Shown here one piece after another: positions 1 through 8,874 of a DNA stretch of 62,453 nucleotides. Below the pieces are notes generated by a model. The model was given only the letters and a program-made list of their open reading frames with translations, was not told where the DNA came from and did not search any database. The translations under genes and the position numbers were made by a program. Where the stretch lies: the IMG/VR virus record IMGVR_UViG_3300022173_000339, positions 1 through 62,453 of that record; one strand, written 5' to 3'. This stretch comes from a virus (Duplodnaviria > Caudoviricetes). Within the stretch, counting starts at the first letter, position 1. Each line of letters begins with the position of its first letter.

Positions 1-1956
1 ATGGCGGAAAGCCCCCTGGACAAGGCGTTTGGAGGCCTTGGCGGCCCCGTATCCCCCGCCAGGGCCTCCGCGCGCCCCTGGGCGCCGCCCGGGGCCTCCG
101 GGCCCATCATGGTCGACCTGTCCAAACCGGCCGGGACCTTCCAACTGTCGATCCTGGACGGCGGGCTGCTCCAGGTCAGCGTCACGCCGCCTAATCCAGA
201 GGTCTACATCGAGTTGTCGAAGCTCCCGACCAGCACCATGTCGAAGAGGGGCTTCGGCGTCGCGTTCTGGGACCTCCCGGGCGTCCACAGCGTGGCCGCC
301 AGCCTCCGACACGAGGTGAAGATGGACCCGCCGGTCGAAGACATGGTCGAGCGCTGGACGCGCCGGTGCCTCGAACTCGAATACGTCAAATCCTTCGCGC
401 CCTTCCCCGATTTTCATGTGCCGGGCCTCGACATCGACTTCCTCGATTTCCAGGCTCGCGGCGTCAACTACGGCGTGATGATCAAGAACTTTCTGCTCGG
501 CGATCAGATGGGCACGGGCAAGTCGATCCAGATGCTGGGCATCCTCTTCACCCTTCGCCAAATGCTGGGCGGCCGGGTCGAGACCATGATCCTGGCGCCG
601 ACCTCCGTCGTCGGCGACTGGCACAAGAAATTCCGCAGGTTCTCCAAGATGGAGATCGCGGTCGCCGACGGCAGCCCCGCGCGGCGCCAGAAGGCCTACG
701 AGAGTAAGCCCGAGTTCCTGGTCCTCAGCTACGACTCGTTCATGCGCGACGCGGCGAAGATCGTGCGCGAGTTCCGCCCCCAGGCGATCGTCCCCGACGA
801 GGCCCAGCGGATCACCAACCGCAAGTCCGGCACGGCGAAGAAGCTGATCGAGTTCGTCGACGTGGTGCAGCCCCAGTTCCGCATCCCCATGAGCGGCAGC
901 CCGATCAACAACCGCGCAGACGACCTGTGGCCCGTGCTCCACTTGATCAACCCCGGACTCGCCGGTCCGGCGAAGAAGTTCGAGGACCGCTATCTCAAGA
1001 GCAGCGTGATCTGGAAGAAAGGCGACGACGGCAAGGCCGCGCCGATGAAGATCGAGTTCGGCCCGGCGAACAAGGATGGGAAGAAGCGGTCGTTCACGCC
1101 GATGCGGCTCGAATCGCTCGACCCGCGCAAGCCAGACGAGGCCAAGCTCCTCGACGAGCTTCGGATGAAGATCGCACCCCACGTCATCCGCCGCCTGAAG
1201 AAGGACGTGCTCAAGGACCTGCCGCCCAAGTTTCACGAGCGCTTGGACATCAAGCTCGGGGCCAAGGAGCGCAAGGTCTACGAGGAGCTTCAGGCCCGGT
1301 TTGCCGAGGCCATGGCCGGGGTCCACGACGAGGACGAGAACGGCGCGGAGACGACGTTCCTCTCCTGGTTCACCAAGGCCCAGCAAATATGCTCCAGCTT
1401 GGAGATCACTGGCGACGGCGACGAGTCGTCGAAGATCAAGGAGTTGAAGGACTTCGTCGCCGACCACGCCGGGGACGAGAAGATCATCATCTTCAGCCGC
1501 TTCCATGAGATGACGAAGATCGTCTGCCGGGAACTGCGCGCCTACTCGCCGCTGCACCTCCACGGCGGCATCCCGCAGAACAAGCGCCAGCCGCTGGTCG
1601 ACGCCTTCCAGGAGAAGGACGAGCACCGGCTCTTCGTCTCGACGCTGAAGGCCGGAGGCGTGGGCCTGACGCTGACGGCGGCGACGATCGTCGCCCGCCT
1701 CGACCGCTGGGTGGCGCCGACCGCGAACGAGCAGGCCGAGGACCGCGCCCATCGCATCGGCGTCAAGAGCGCGGTCACCGTCGTCGACTTCGTCGTCACC
1801 GACTCGATCGAGGAGCGCATCCTGGAGATGTTGGACAAGAAGCTGCGGATGATCGCGAGCTTGATCTCCGCCGACTCCGCCGACGACGGCGAGATGGAGG
1901 AGCGCAAGGTCGTCAGGGCGCTGCTCCGCAAGCGGGATATGCTCCAACTCATATGA
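1..1956 (+). CDS. SNF2/SWI2-family SF2 helicase/ATPase
   Basis: Motif I LGDQMGTGKS, motif II PDEAQRI, motif III MSGSPINN, IRRLKKDVLKDLPPK, KIIIFSRF, STLKAGGVGLTL, QAEDRAHRIG. The start is at the window edge and may extend upstream. Confidence 0.95.
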   Translation: MAESPLDKAFGGLGGPVSPARASARPWAPPGASGPIMVDLSKPAGTFQLSILDGGLLQVSVTPPNPEVYIELSKLPTSTMSKRGFGVAFWDLPGVHSVAASLRHEVKMDPPVEDMVERWTRRCLELEYVKSFAPFPDFHVPGLDIDFLDFQARGVNYGVMIKNFLLGDQMGTGKSIQMLGILFTLRQMLGGRVETMILAPTSVVGDWHKKFRRFSKMEIAVADGSPARRQKAYESKPEFLVLSYDSFMRDAAKIVREFRPQAIVPDEAQRITNRKSGTAKKLIEFVDVVQPQFRIPMSGSPINNRADDLWPVLHLINPGLAGPAKKFEDRYLKSSVIWKKGDDGKAAPMKIEFGPANKDGKKRSFTPMRLESLDPRKPDEAKLLDELRMKIAPHVIRRLKKDVLKDLPPKFHERLDIKLGAKERKVYEELQARFAEAMAGVHDEDENGAETTFLSWFTKAQQICSSLEITGDGDESSKIKELKDFVADHAGDEKIIIFSRFHEMTKIVCRELRAYSPLHLHGGIPQNKRQPLVDAFQEKDEHRLFVSTLKAGGVGLTLTAATIVARLDRWVAPTANEQAEDRAHRIGVKSAVTVVDFVVTDSIEERILEMLDKKLRMIASLISADSADDGEMEERKVVRALLRKRDMLQLI

Positions 1957-2222
1957 TGACCGAATTTCAGAAGCTGCTGATCACGCTGATGTTCAAGCAC
2001 GGCTCCAATCAAACGGCGTCGACGACCGAACTCGGCTGGTGGTCGAAGAAGGGTCGGGTCGCGGTCAGCAGCGCCATGCGCTCGTTGGAGAAGAAGGGCC
2101 TGGCCGGGTATTTTCGCTCTGGCGACGATCAGTGGGCGGCGCAGTGCTGGTTTCTGACCAAGGCGGGGAAGGAACTGATGGGCGTGCGCCTGATAGACGG
2201 CAAGGAGGTTCTGGGGGTATGA
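1953..2222 (+). CDS. small winged-helix (MarR-like) DNA-binding protein
   Basis: ATGA overlap with the SNF2 stop; AVSSAMRSLEKKGLA...WFLTKAGKE resembles a wHTH recognition helix and wing. Confidence 0.6.
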   Translation: MMTEFQKLLITLMFKHGSNQTASTTELGWWSKKGRVAVSSAMRSLEKKGLAGYFRSGDDQWAAQCWFLTKAGKELMGVRLIDGKEVLGV

Positions 2223-2845
2223 ACACGATCACCACGGTGCCGGACTTCCTGACCAAGCACGTCGACAGCGTTCTAAACCACACGCAGGGTATCCTCGCCC
2301 GCCCCGGCGGCTCGATCCCGGCCCTGCGCTACTTCCGCAACGGCGAGAAGTTCTCGCTGCCGATCAGCTACGAGCACTTCGTCAAGATCGGCGAGGGGAT
2401 GCGGAAGATGGCCACGGCCACGACCTACATCGCGCGCGTCGGCACCGAGTTCGCGTTCTACGCCGCCGAGATCGCCGATCGCTCGGAGGACCCGATCATG
2501 CGCCTCCACGACCAGATCAGCTTCATCCACGAGATCGGCCACATCCTCTACCATATCCAGCCGCAGGCCTACTCCGTGACGATGCCGGTGAAGGTCGTGC
2601 TCAGCCCGGAAGAACTCGACCGCCTGATGCGCCTCACCGTCGGCGGCGTGCCCCAGGCGTCGGAGCCGAACGCGATCCTCGTCTCCGGCTGCAACCGTGT
2701 CCGCAGCTACAGCCTGATCTGCCCGTTCTCAGCCGGGCGCGACGGCCGCTTCGTCTACGCCGAGCCCAAGGTCTACGACTCTCTGCTCGGCGCCCAGAGC
2801 CAGGACACGCTTTTTCAAGGAATCTATGAGCCCTCAAGAAACTGA
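2219..2845 (+). CDS. hypothetical protein (MNTITTVPDF...) with HEIGH motif
   Basis: ATG at 2219 overlaps the upstream stop, with AAGGAGG upstream. A single HExxH; metal binding is unproven. Confidence 0.65.
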   Translation: MNTITTVPDFLTKHVDSVLNHTQGILARPGGSIPALRYFRNGEKFSLPISYEHFVKIGEGMRKMATATTYIARVGTEFAFYAAEIADRSEDPIMRLHDQISFIHEIGHILYHIQPQAYSVTMPVKVVLSPEELDRLMRLTVGGVPQASEPNAILVSGCNRVRSYSLICPFSAGRDGRFVYAEPKVYDSLLGAQSQDTLFQGIYEPSRN

Positions 2846-3269
2846 CACGCTGATCAAGCCCGAAGATGCGGCGGCGCACGGTGCCCACGCGGCGCCGATC
2901 GCGATCGTCCTGTCCCTGACCAAGGGCGGCGGCGTGCCGAGCACGGTCCTGGGCACGAACGTCCGCGCCGCCAGCCGCGAGGGCAACGTCTTCCTCTGCC
3001 AGGGCGCAGTCGTGCGCGAGCCCATGGTCTTCGGCCAGGAGATGGTCCTCGTCGAGGCGACGGCGCCGCTCCTCGGCTTCTACAGCGGCGGCTACGACGT
3101 GGATCACGCGCCGATCCTGTGCGCCGCCTACGGCAAGCCCGTGATCCACCGCTCCTGGCGCGTCGCCGTCGGCCAGACCTACAAACCCTACGTCATCGAC
3201 GGCCCGGCCGTGCACTACGAGGGCCTTACCCTGAACATCGTATCCGAAATCGACCCCAAAACCCCCTAG
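2826..3269 (+). CDS. hypothetical protein
   Basis: Fills the gap in the operon; AAGGA upstream; phage-like codon use. Confidence 0.65.
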   Translation: MSPQETDTLIKPEDAAAHGAHAAPIAIVLSLTKGGGVPSTVLGTNVRAASREGNVFLCQGAVVREPMVFGQEMVLVEATAPLLGFYSGGYDVDHAPILCAAYGKPVIHRSWRVAVGQTYKPYVIDGPAVHYEGLTLNIVSEIDPKTP

Positions 3270-3287
3270 CCTCGGAGCCCATTCACC

Positions 3288-5369
3288 ATGATCAAAGACT
3301 TCTTCGCGCCCGGCGGACCACTGTCCCAGCAATTCGACCACTACGAGGCGCGTCCCGAGCAAGTCGCGATGGCCGAGGCCGTGTTCAATGCGGCGACGGC
3401 GCAGACCGACCTCGTGGTCGAGGCCGGGACCGGCGTCGGCAAGTCCATGGGCTACCTCGTGCCGATCATCGAGATCATCAAGGACAACCGGACCGTCCGC
3501 GTCCAGGTCCTCGATCCCCTGACGGGCGAGACCAAGACCGAGGAGCGCCCGCGCCGCCTCATCGTCTCGACGGGGACGATCAACTTACAGAAGCAGCTTT
3601 TCGAGAAGGAACTCCCGCTGCTGAAGAAGCTCTATCCGTGGCTGACCTACTCGATGGCCGTCGGCTCCGAGAACTACCTCTGCGGAGCCCGGTTGAACAA
3701 GGCGATCGCCGATGTCGCGAACAACCCGCTGATCCAGGCCGATATCGGTGACCTCGAATACCTGGTCAAGTGGGCGCGCGAGACCAAGAGCGGTCTGAAG
3801 ATGGACCTGGGTCGCCCGGTCGCGGCCTCGGCCTGGTCGCTGGTCAACCGCCAGTCCGACTTCTGCCGGTGCAAGAGTTTCGAGGAGGAGAGCCCCTGCT
3901 TCTACCGCAAGGCCCGCAAGGAGATGAAGGGGTCTAACGTCATCCTCGTCAACCACCACCTGCTGATGATGGCGCTGACGATCGAGGAGGCGTCGATCCT
4001 GCCCGGCTTCGACTTCATCGCGATCGACGAGGTCCACTCTCTCGAAGAGGTCGCGACCCAGTGCTTCGGCGTCGAGATCAGCAACACGAAGCTGGAGCGC
4101 CTGGCCAAGGACGCGAGCCGCATCGTCCGCAGCGCCGGTTCCGAGGTCCTTCGCACCGGCGAGATCGTCGAGACCCTGGACATGGCCGTCCGCTCGTCGG
4201 AGAAGCTGTTCTACCACATGCGCCAGATGCTCGACGTGATGAAGAAGGAGTCGCTGCGCCTGCGCCAGAAGCTGAACATCAACATCGACAACGTCGAACT
4301 CATGGAACTGCTGGACAAGGTCGCGAACATGATGGAGGGCGCGGCCGACCAGGTGACCGACGCGCAGAAGTCGCACGAGGTCAGGGCCGTGTCCGGCCGC
4401 TGCTCCGAGGCCGCGACTCAGATGCGGAATTGGCTGCTCCAGGCCGAGCCCGACCACGTCTACCAGATCATCAGCGAGAACGGCGGCAAGCGCATCGTCG
4501 CCAAGTCGAACCCGATCGACATCAGCAAGGAACTCAAGGCCTGCCTCTGGGACCAGGAGTTCGTCGTCATCGGCGCCAGCGCCACGATCTCGACCGGCGG
4601 AACCATGACCTTTGTGAAAGAGAAGCTGGGAGCCGGGGACGCGACGGAGATGGTCCTGGCCAGCCCCTTCGACTACGTCAACAACGCCCTGCTCTACGTC
4701 GCGGCCGACCTGCCCGAGGCTCCGCGCGAGCAGGACCCGAACTACTACAACGTGCTGGTCAACCGCGTGGTCGAACTCATCCGCGTCAGCAACGGCCGGG
4801 CCATGGTCCTCTGCACGAGCAACCAGTCGATGAAGACGCTGGGCCTGCGTCTGCGCCCGCTGCTGCCGGACATGAAGATCATGATCCAGGGCGAGGACAT
4901 GGAGCGCCACCACATGGTCGAGGAGCTTCGCCGGAACCCCAAGTCGGTGCTGTGCGGTCTCAAGAGTTTCTGGCAAGGGGTCGACCTCGCGGGGGACGCG
5001 CTCCAGATGGTCATCATCCTGAAGCTGCCGTTCCCGAACGTGGGCGATCCTCTGTTCGAGGCCAGGGCCGAGCGGATCGACGCGGTCCGCCCCGGCACCT
5101 TCCGCTCGTTCAACAAGCTGAGCGTGCCGGAGATGGTGATCAGCCTCAAACAGGGATTCGGCCGCCTGATCCGCACGTCGACCGACTACGGCTGCGTCGC
5201 TATCCTCGATCCCAGGATCGTGAAGAAGAAATACTCCAGCACGATCCTCGGCTCCCTGCCGCGCACGCACATCAAATACGAGGTCAAGGACGTGGAGGCA
5301 TTTTTCAAGGGCCGCCAGCCCCCGCCGCCGCCGGTGGAGGAGAGCCCGATCGAGGAGGTTCCGTTTTGA
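3288..5369 (+). CDS. dinG: DinG/YoaA-family Fe-S ATP-dependent DNA helicase
   Basis: Q-motif RPEQ, VEAGTGVGKS, NYLC plus FCRC...PCFY cysteines, IDEVH, SPFDY, SFWQGVDLAG, KLPFP, KQGFGRLIR. Confidence 0.93.
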   Translation: MIKDFFAPGGPLSQQFDHYEARPEQVAMAEAVFNAATAQTDLVVEAGTGVGKSMGYLVPIIEIIKDNRTVRVQVLDPLTGETKTEERPRRLIVSTGTINLQKQLFEKELPLLKKLYPWLTYSMAVGSENYLCGARLNKAIADVANNPLIQADIGDLEYLVKWARETKSGLKMDLGRPVAASAWSLVNRQSDFCRCKSFEEESPCFYRKARKEMKGSNVILVNHHLLMMALTIEEASILPGFDFIAIDEVHSLEEVATQCFGVEISNTKLERLAKDASRIVRSAGSEVLRTGEIVETLDMAVRSSEKLFYHMRQMLDVMKKESLRLRQKLNINIDNVELMELLDKVANMMEGAADQVTDAQKSHEVRAVSGRCSEAATQMRNWLLQAEPDHVYQIISENGGKRIVAKSNPIDISKELKACLWDQEFVVIGASATISTGGTMTFVKEKLGAGDATEMVLASPFDYVNNALLYVAADLPEAPREQDPNYYNVLVNRVVELIRVSNGRAMVLCTSNQSMKTLGLRLRPLLPDMKIMIQGEDMERHHMVEELRRNPKSVLCGLKSFWQGVDLAGDALQMVIILKLPFPNVGDPLFEARAERIDAVRPGTFRSFNKLSVPEMVISLKQGFGRLIRTSTDYGCVAILDPRIVKKKYSSTILGSLPRTHIKYEVKDVEAFFKGRQPPPPPVEESPIEEVPF

Positions 5370-5680
5370 CCACCGCGATCGCGCCGTTCACCGTCGGAGA
5401 GAAGGTGAAGTTCACGTCGGAGAAGCGCCGTTACACCGTGCGCGCCGCCGGGGTCCGCTTCGCCGTCCTGAACAAGCCGTTCAACCCGAAGAACACCGTG
5501 CTCTACACGGTCGTCGACCTCCAAGAGGGCATCCGGGGCACGGAGAACCTGGTCTTCGGCGCCGGTGCCGAGACGCCGGAGCAGTGCGAGGCCATGCTCA
5601 AGCGCCTGGAGGCGGGAGAGACCGAGGTTTCCCATCGGAACTACGTCAACCTCGACATCGAGTCTAGGGAGGTCCCCTGA
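5366..5680 (+). CDS. hypothetical phage protein (LTTAIAPFTVGEKVKF...)
   Basis: TTG overlaps the DinG stop, with GAGGAGG upstream. This is the coding-like C-terminal part of track ORF 4061..5680. Confidence 0.7.
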   Translation: MTTAIAPFTVGEKVKFTSEKRRYTVRAAGVRFAVLNKPFNPKNTVLYTVVDLQEGIRGTENLVFGAGAETPEQCEAMLKRLEAGETEVSHRNYVNLDIESREVP

Positions 5681-5988
5681 TGGCCACGCTAAAGCCCTGC
5701 CCGTTCGACGGCAGCGTGAACCTCGTCGGCGCCGTCGTCAATTCTAAAAAGGACGACGGATCGATCGTCTGGTGGTCGCAGGACATCGACAAGTGCCTGG
5801 CCGACCCCAAGAGCCTGGGTGAGTTCGCGATCTTCTGCAAGGACTGCCACACGCACGGCCCGGAGACCGCTGAGGGCGGGACCATGGCCGAGGCCGTTGA
5901 ACTCTGGAACAAGCGCGCGGACCCCGTCTGCGACTGCGGCAAGCCGCTGTCGAAAGGGCTATGCCGCATCTGCGACAACGACGAGTGA
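5680..5988 (+). CDS. Lar-family restriction-alleviation-like zinc protein
   Basis: LKPCPFDG start, CKDC, and EAVELWNKRA, typical of Lar-like proteins; extra C-terminal CxC...CxxC. Confidence 0.65.
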   Translation: MATLKPCPFDGSVNLVGAVVNSKKDDGSIVWWSQDIDKCLADPKSLGEFAIFCKDCHTHGPETAEGGTMAEAVELWNKRADPVCDCGKPLSKGLCRICDNDE

Positions 5989-5990
5989 CC

Positions 5991-6155
5991 ATGAAATACG
6001 CGATCAGAGTCTGCTTGCCGGACTACGTCGCCGCCCACGTCGATGCGGAGCGGCGCATCGCGCTCGGCCAGAAGCAGCGCCAGTTGAAGAACTGCGACCG
6101 TTGGCACTGGCACGGCGAGAAGTGCACGCACCGGCCGAAGAAGAGGAAATCCTGA
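5991..6155 (+). CDS. small Cys/His-rich hypothetical protein (MKYAIRVC...)
   Basis: ATG 2 nt after the upstream stop; its stop overlaps the next ATG. Confidence 0.55.
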   Translation: MKYAIRVCLPDYVAAHVDAERRIALGQKQRQLKNCDRWHWHGEKCTHRPKKRKS

Positions 6156-6433
6156 TGGCGTCCAAGGGGTTGATCACGCCGGAGCAGGCGGTCAAGCTCG
6201 CGGTCCTCATGGACAAGGGCCTGCGCCGACCCGACTTCCGCCACAACGCGGGGTTCGCCTTCCACACGAGTTGGGATCGGGCGACCGGACGCCCGCGCCC
6301 GGCCAGCACCAAGGCCCAGTGCATCGAGGCGATCGTCGAAGCGTTGCAGGGCAAGTCGGTGGTGCAGGCCGGTCCCTTGGCCCAGTGGCTCGATCGTAAA
6401 TTGCCGGACTGGCGCCAGAACATCGGCGCCTGA
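6155..6433 (+). CDS. hypothetical protein (MASKGLITPEQ...)
   Basis: TGATG coupling and GAGG SD; C-terminal part of track ORF 5819..6433. Confidence 0.65.
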   Translation: MASKGLITPEQAVKLAVLMDKGLRRPDFRHNAGFAFHTSWDRATGRPRPASTKAQCIEAIVEALQGKSVVQAGPLAQWLDRKLPDWRQNIGA

Positions 6434-6540
6434 CGTAGCCGCACGCGCCGCCCTCCCGGGCGGCCTCTTGAAGTTCTGGATTTATCCCCGACTGGTGCAG
6501 GGCCGGTGGGGCATCTACTACGACAAGAGAGGGCATCACG

Positions 6541-7047
6541 ATGGGCAAGGGAAATCGGCATCGGGGCGGGAACGGCGGCGGTGGCGGGCGTCGGGACGAT
6601 CGTGGCAGCGAGAAGGAGTTCGCTCAGCGCTCGTTCGGCGGCAGCGGACAGCGTCATGCGGGGACCTTGGGCGGCACCCTCGGTCAGGTGGAGCGGCACT
6701 CGGACCCGTGCTTCACCGCGATCAAGGGCGTCCAGGGCGTGAGGGGCAAGCTCCAGGCGCAGGAGAAGACGCTGGCTGCGATCCCCGACTTCGCGACCTA
6801 CCTCAGGGCCAAGCGCGAGATGGTCACGGCGGAGAAGGCGCTGTCGAAGAACCCGGCGTTCAGCGAATACCAGAAGACGCGCAAGGAGCTTCGCACGGCG
6901 GTCTCGACGCTGAACGACGCGCGGACCAAGTGCGAGAAGTGCTCGTTCGTCGACGCGGCGAAGAAGGACGAGGTGTCGAAGGCCCAGGTCGCGCCCGTGG
7001 CTCCGGCCCCGGCTCAGCAGGCTCCGGCGCAGGCGCCCGCCGCCTAG
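6541..7047 (+). CDS. hypothetical protein with Gly/Arg-rich N-terminus, helical core and CxxC
   Basis: GAGAGG SD; RHRGGNGGGGGRR N-terminus; HSDPC and CEKC; Ala/Pro/Gln tail. Confidence 0.75.
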   Translation: MGKGNRHRGGNGGGGGRRDDRGSEKEFAQRSFGGSGQRHAGTLGGTLGQVERHSDPCFTAIKGVQGVRGKLQAQEKTLAAIPDFATYLRAKREMVTAEKALSKNPAFSEYQKTRKELRTAVSTLNDARTKCEKCSFVDAAKKDEVSKAQVAPVAPAPAQQAPAQAPAA

Positions 7048-7048
7048 G

Positions 7049-7357
7049 ATGTGCGACAAATGCGGCTGGCGTGACCTGGTCGCCCAGGTTCGGGAGGTGG
7101 TGAAGGAGAAACACCCGAGCCTGGGCGACGGCCAGCAGCGGTGGATAGAGACGATCGCGATCACCGCTGACGACGACCGCCACTGCTCCGACCACCAGAA
7201 GTCGGTGGTGAGGAAGATTCTCAAGGAGCGGAAGATCGAGCGCTGGCGGCTGATCCCGAAGGCGTTGGACAGGACGAAGTGGTCGGACGCGAAGAAGAAG
7301 CGATACGCTGAAGGAAAGAAGATGAGCAGCCGCCTCAGGCGGCACGGGGGATTCTGA
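7049..7357 (+). CDS. basic hypothetical protein with N-terminal CxxC
   Basis: Tightly packed between its neighbours; begins MCDKC. Confidence 0.65.
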   Translation: MCDKCGWRDLVAQVREVVKEKHPSLGDGQQRWIETIAITADDDRHCSDHQKSVVRKILKERKIERWRLIPKALDRTKWSDAKKKRYAEGKKMSSRLRRHGGF

Positions 7358-7358
7358 T

Positions 7359-8393
7359 ATGGACGCGAGCAAGAAGCCGGAGAAGCCGGAGAACATCCTG
7401 GACATCGTGGCCGAGGCCGAGCGCATCGGCCCCGGCGACAACAGCGCCCTCCAGGTCAGGGTCGGCGAGATGAACCGCCAGATCGTCGAGCGGGGGCAGA
7501 CTTCGGACTGGGTCCAACCACTGACCACGGAGGAGATCGCCGAGCAGCAGCAGAAGGAGCGCGATCTCCAGACCGAGGCCGCCGCGCGCGGAGAGCGGCC
7601 GAACCTGCCGGGCCAGGCACCGAGAGTCAGCGACTTCTTCCTCATCGACACCCCGATGCAGGCGTCCGAGTTCATCAAGCTGCTGAACCGGGACGTGCTC
7701 GGTCACTACGACGCCCAGGACGTGCAGGGCGAGGCCGAGTTCGGGATCATCGTCATGGACCACGTCCAGGGCCTGCCCCGGCCGGGAACGGCGATCGGCG
7801 GCGGCCAGGCGCCGCTGGCCAAGGTCCGGCACATGTTGATCGTCAAGCTCGACACCGGTCCCTGGGAGTGGTATGACGCCGCGTCGTCGGCGATCCTCTC
7901 CGGCATCGTCAAGAGCCTGGGCCGCCGGGCCTGGCGCTGCGGCTGGGCGATCGAGAAGCAGTGGTCCTGGGTCGAGCACTGGAAGGAGAGCAAGAAGACC
8001 CACGACGGCAAGCCGACCGAGACCATCGACGGCCCGGCGAACGCTACGGTCACGGCCAAGGCTCTGGAGCGCTGGGGCGTCGACGTGAGGTCGGCGTTCG
8101 ACGACCTGATGCGCGCCGCCCAGTGGGAGGCCCTGCGCCAGTGGCTGATCCGGCCCGAGCCACGGCCGGTGCCGTTCACCGCGCACGTCAGCTTCTTGGC
8201 GGGCAAGCTTCTGGTCCAGGACAAGGACCGCGAGTGGATCGAGCCCCAGTGGAAGGAATTGTTCGGCGACCGCAAGCCCGAGGACGGACCGCTGCACCTC
8301 CAGTCCTACTACGTCCCGGTCAAGCCGTCCAAGCCCATCCCCGAGAAGGAATTGACCACGACCTACCGCGAAGAGCCTCCGCTCCTCGGTTGA
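7359..8393 (+). CDS. hypothetical protein (Trp-rich C-terminal half)
   Basis: 344-aa ORF with GGGGG SD; last gene before the strand switch. Confidence 0.75.
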   Translation: MDASKKPEKPENILDIVAEAERIGPGDNSALQVRVGEMNRQIVERGQTSDWVQPLTTEEIAEQQQKERDLQTEAAARGERPNLPGQAPRVSDFFLIDTPMQASEFIKLLNRDVLGHYDAQDVQGEAEFGIIVMDHVQGLPRPGTAIGGGQAPLAKVRHMLIVKLDTGPWEWYDAASSAILSGIVKSLGRRAWRCGWAIEKQWSWVEHWKESKKTHDGKPTETIDGPANATVTAKALERWGVDVRSAFDDLMRAAQWEALRQWLIRPEPRPVPFTAHVSFLAGKLLVQDKDREWIEPQWKELFGDRKPEDGPLHLQSYYVPVKPSKPIPEKELTTTYREEPPLLG

Positions 8394-8430
8394 AAATAAG
8401 AGGCCCCCGATCTTTCGATCGGGGGCCTCT
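8393..8430 (-). terminator. intrinsic terminator
   Basis: Perfect 14-bp stem AGAGGCCCCCGATC/GATCGGGGGCCTCT with a GAAA loop on the minus strand, followed by TATTTT; lies between convergent gene blocks. Confidence 0.85.
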
Positions 8431-8489
8431 CCCTTCCTCGGGCTCCGAAGTCGCAGGGAGCTTCCACGGTTCGCCACCAGAAGGAACGC
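8393..8489 (-). ncRNA. candidate ~95-nt small RNA of unknown family
   Basis: Bounded by its own promoter (8494-8522) and terminator (8393-8430); internal hairpins; no credible ORF. Confidence 0.45.
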
Positions 8490-8493
8490 TAGA

Positions 8494-8522
8494 AGTATAG
8501 CAGCTTAGCTCGCGACCTTCAA
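8494..8522 (-). promoter_or_regulatory. sigma70-type promoter
   Basis: TTGAAG (8522-8517), 17-nt spacer ending TGC, TATACT (8499-8494). Confidence 0.6.
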
Positions 8523-8858
8523 TCCCCGATCCGCGAACTTCGCCTCCTGATCCCGCTTGAAGCCGAGGATCGTGCGCGCGTCGCCCTCGCTCCAGACGCG
8601 GACGCGGCCTCGGCGATCGGGCCCGCTGCGGCGCTTGTCCGTCGCGCGGCCGGGGTCTCCCCGGAGACTGCCCACGCGCTTGGCCTCGGGGATGCGCCCG
8701 TCCTTCTCCAGGCGGTAGAGGTATTCCGGCGTCCAGCCGGTGAGGAAGGCCATATCGCTGATGGTGAAGCGATCGGCGACCTTCGCTTCCTTCAGACGTT
8801 CGAGGTGCCGGGCCATCTCAGCCTGGCTGATGGGGTTGATTTTTCCGTTTTGTGCCAT
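8505..8858 (-). CDS. MerR/excisionase-like HTH protein (MAQNGKINP...)
   Basis: FTISDMAFLTGWTPEYLYRLEKDGRIP...RVRVWSEGD; GGAGG SD before the ATG at 8858. Confidence 0.7.
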   Translation of the reverse strand: MAQNGKINPISQAEMARHLERLKEAKVADRFTISDMAFLTGWTPEYLYRLEKDGRIPEAKRVGSLRGDPGRATDKRRSGPDRRGRVRVWSEGDARTILGFKRDQEAKFADRGLKVAS

Positions 8859-8874
8859 GATGATCCTCCGAAAT

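Noticed and set aside
2219-2845. Metalloprotease call from HEIGH
   Set aside because: No recognisable zincin context or third ligand; left as hypothetical.
7335-8477. 380-aa minus-strand ORF starting inside the candidate sRNA
   Set aside because: It has no SD, crosses the terminator and is antisense to the 344-aa gene.
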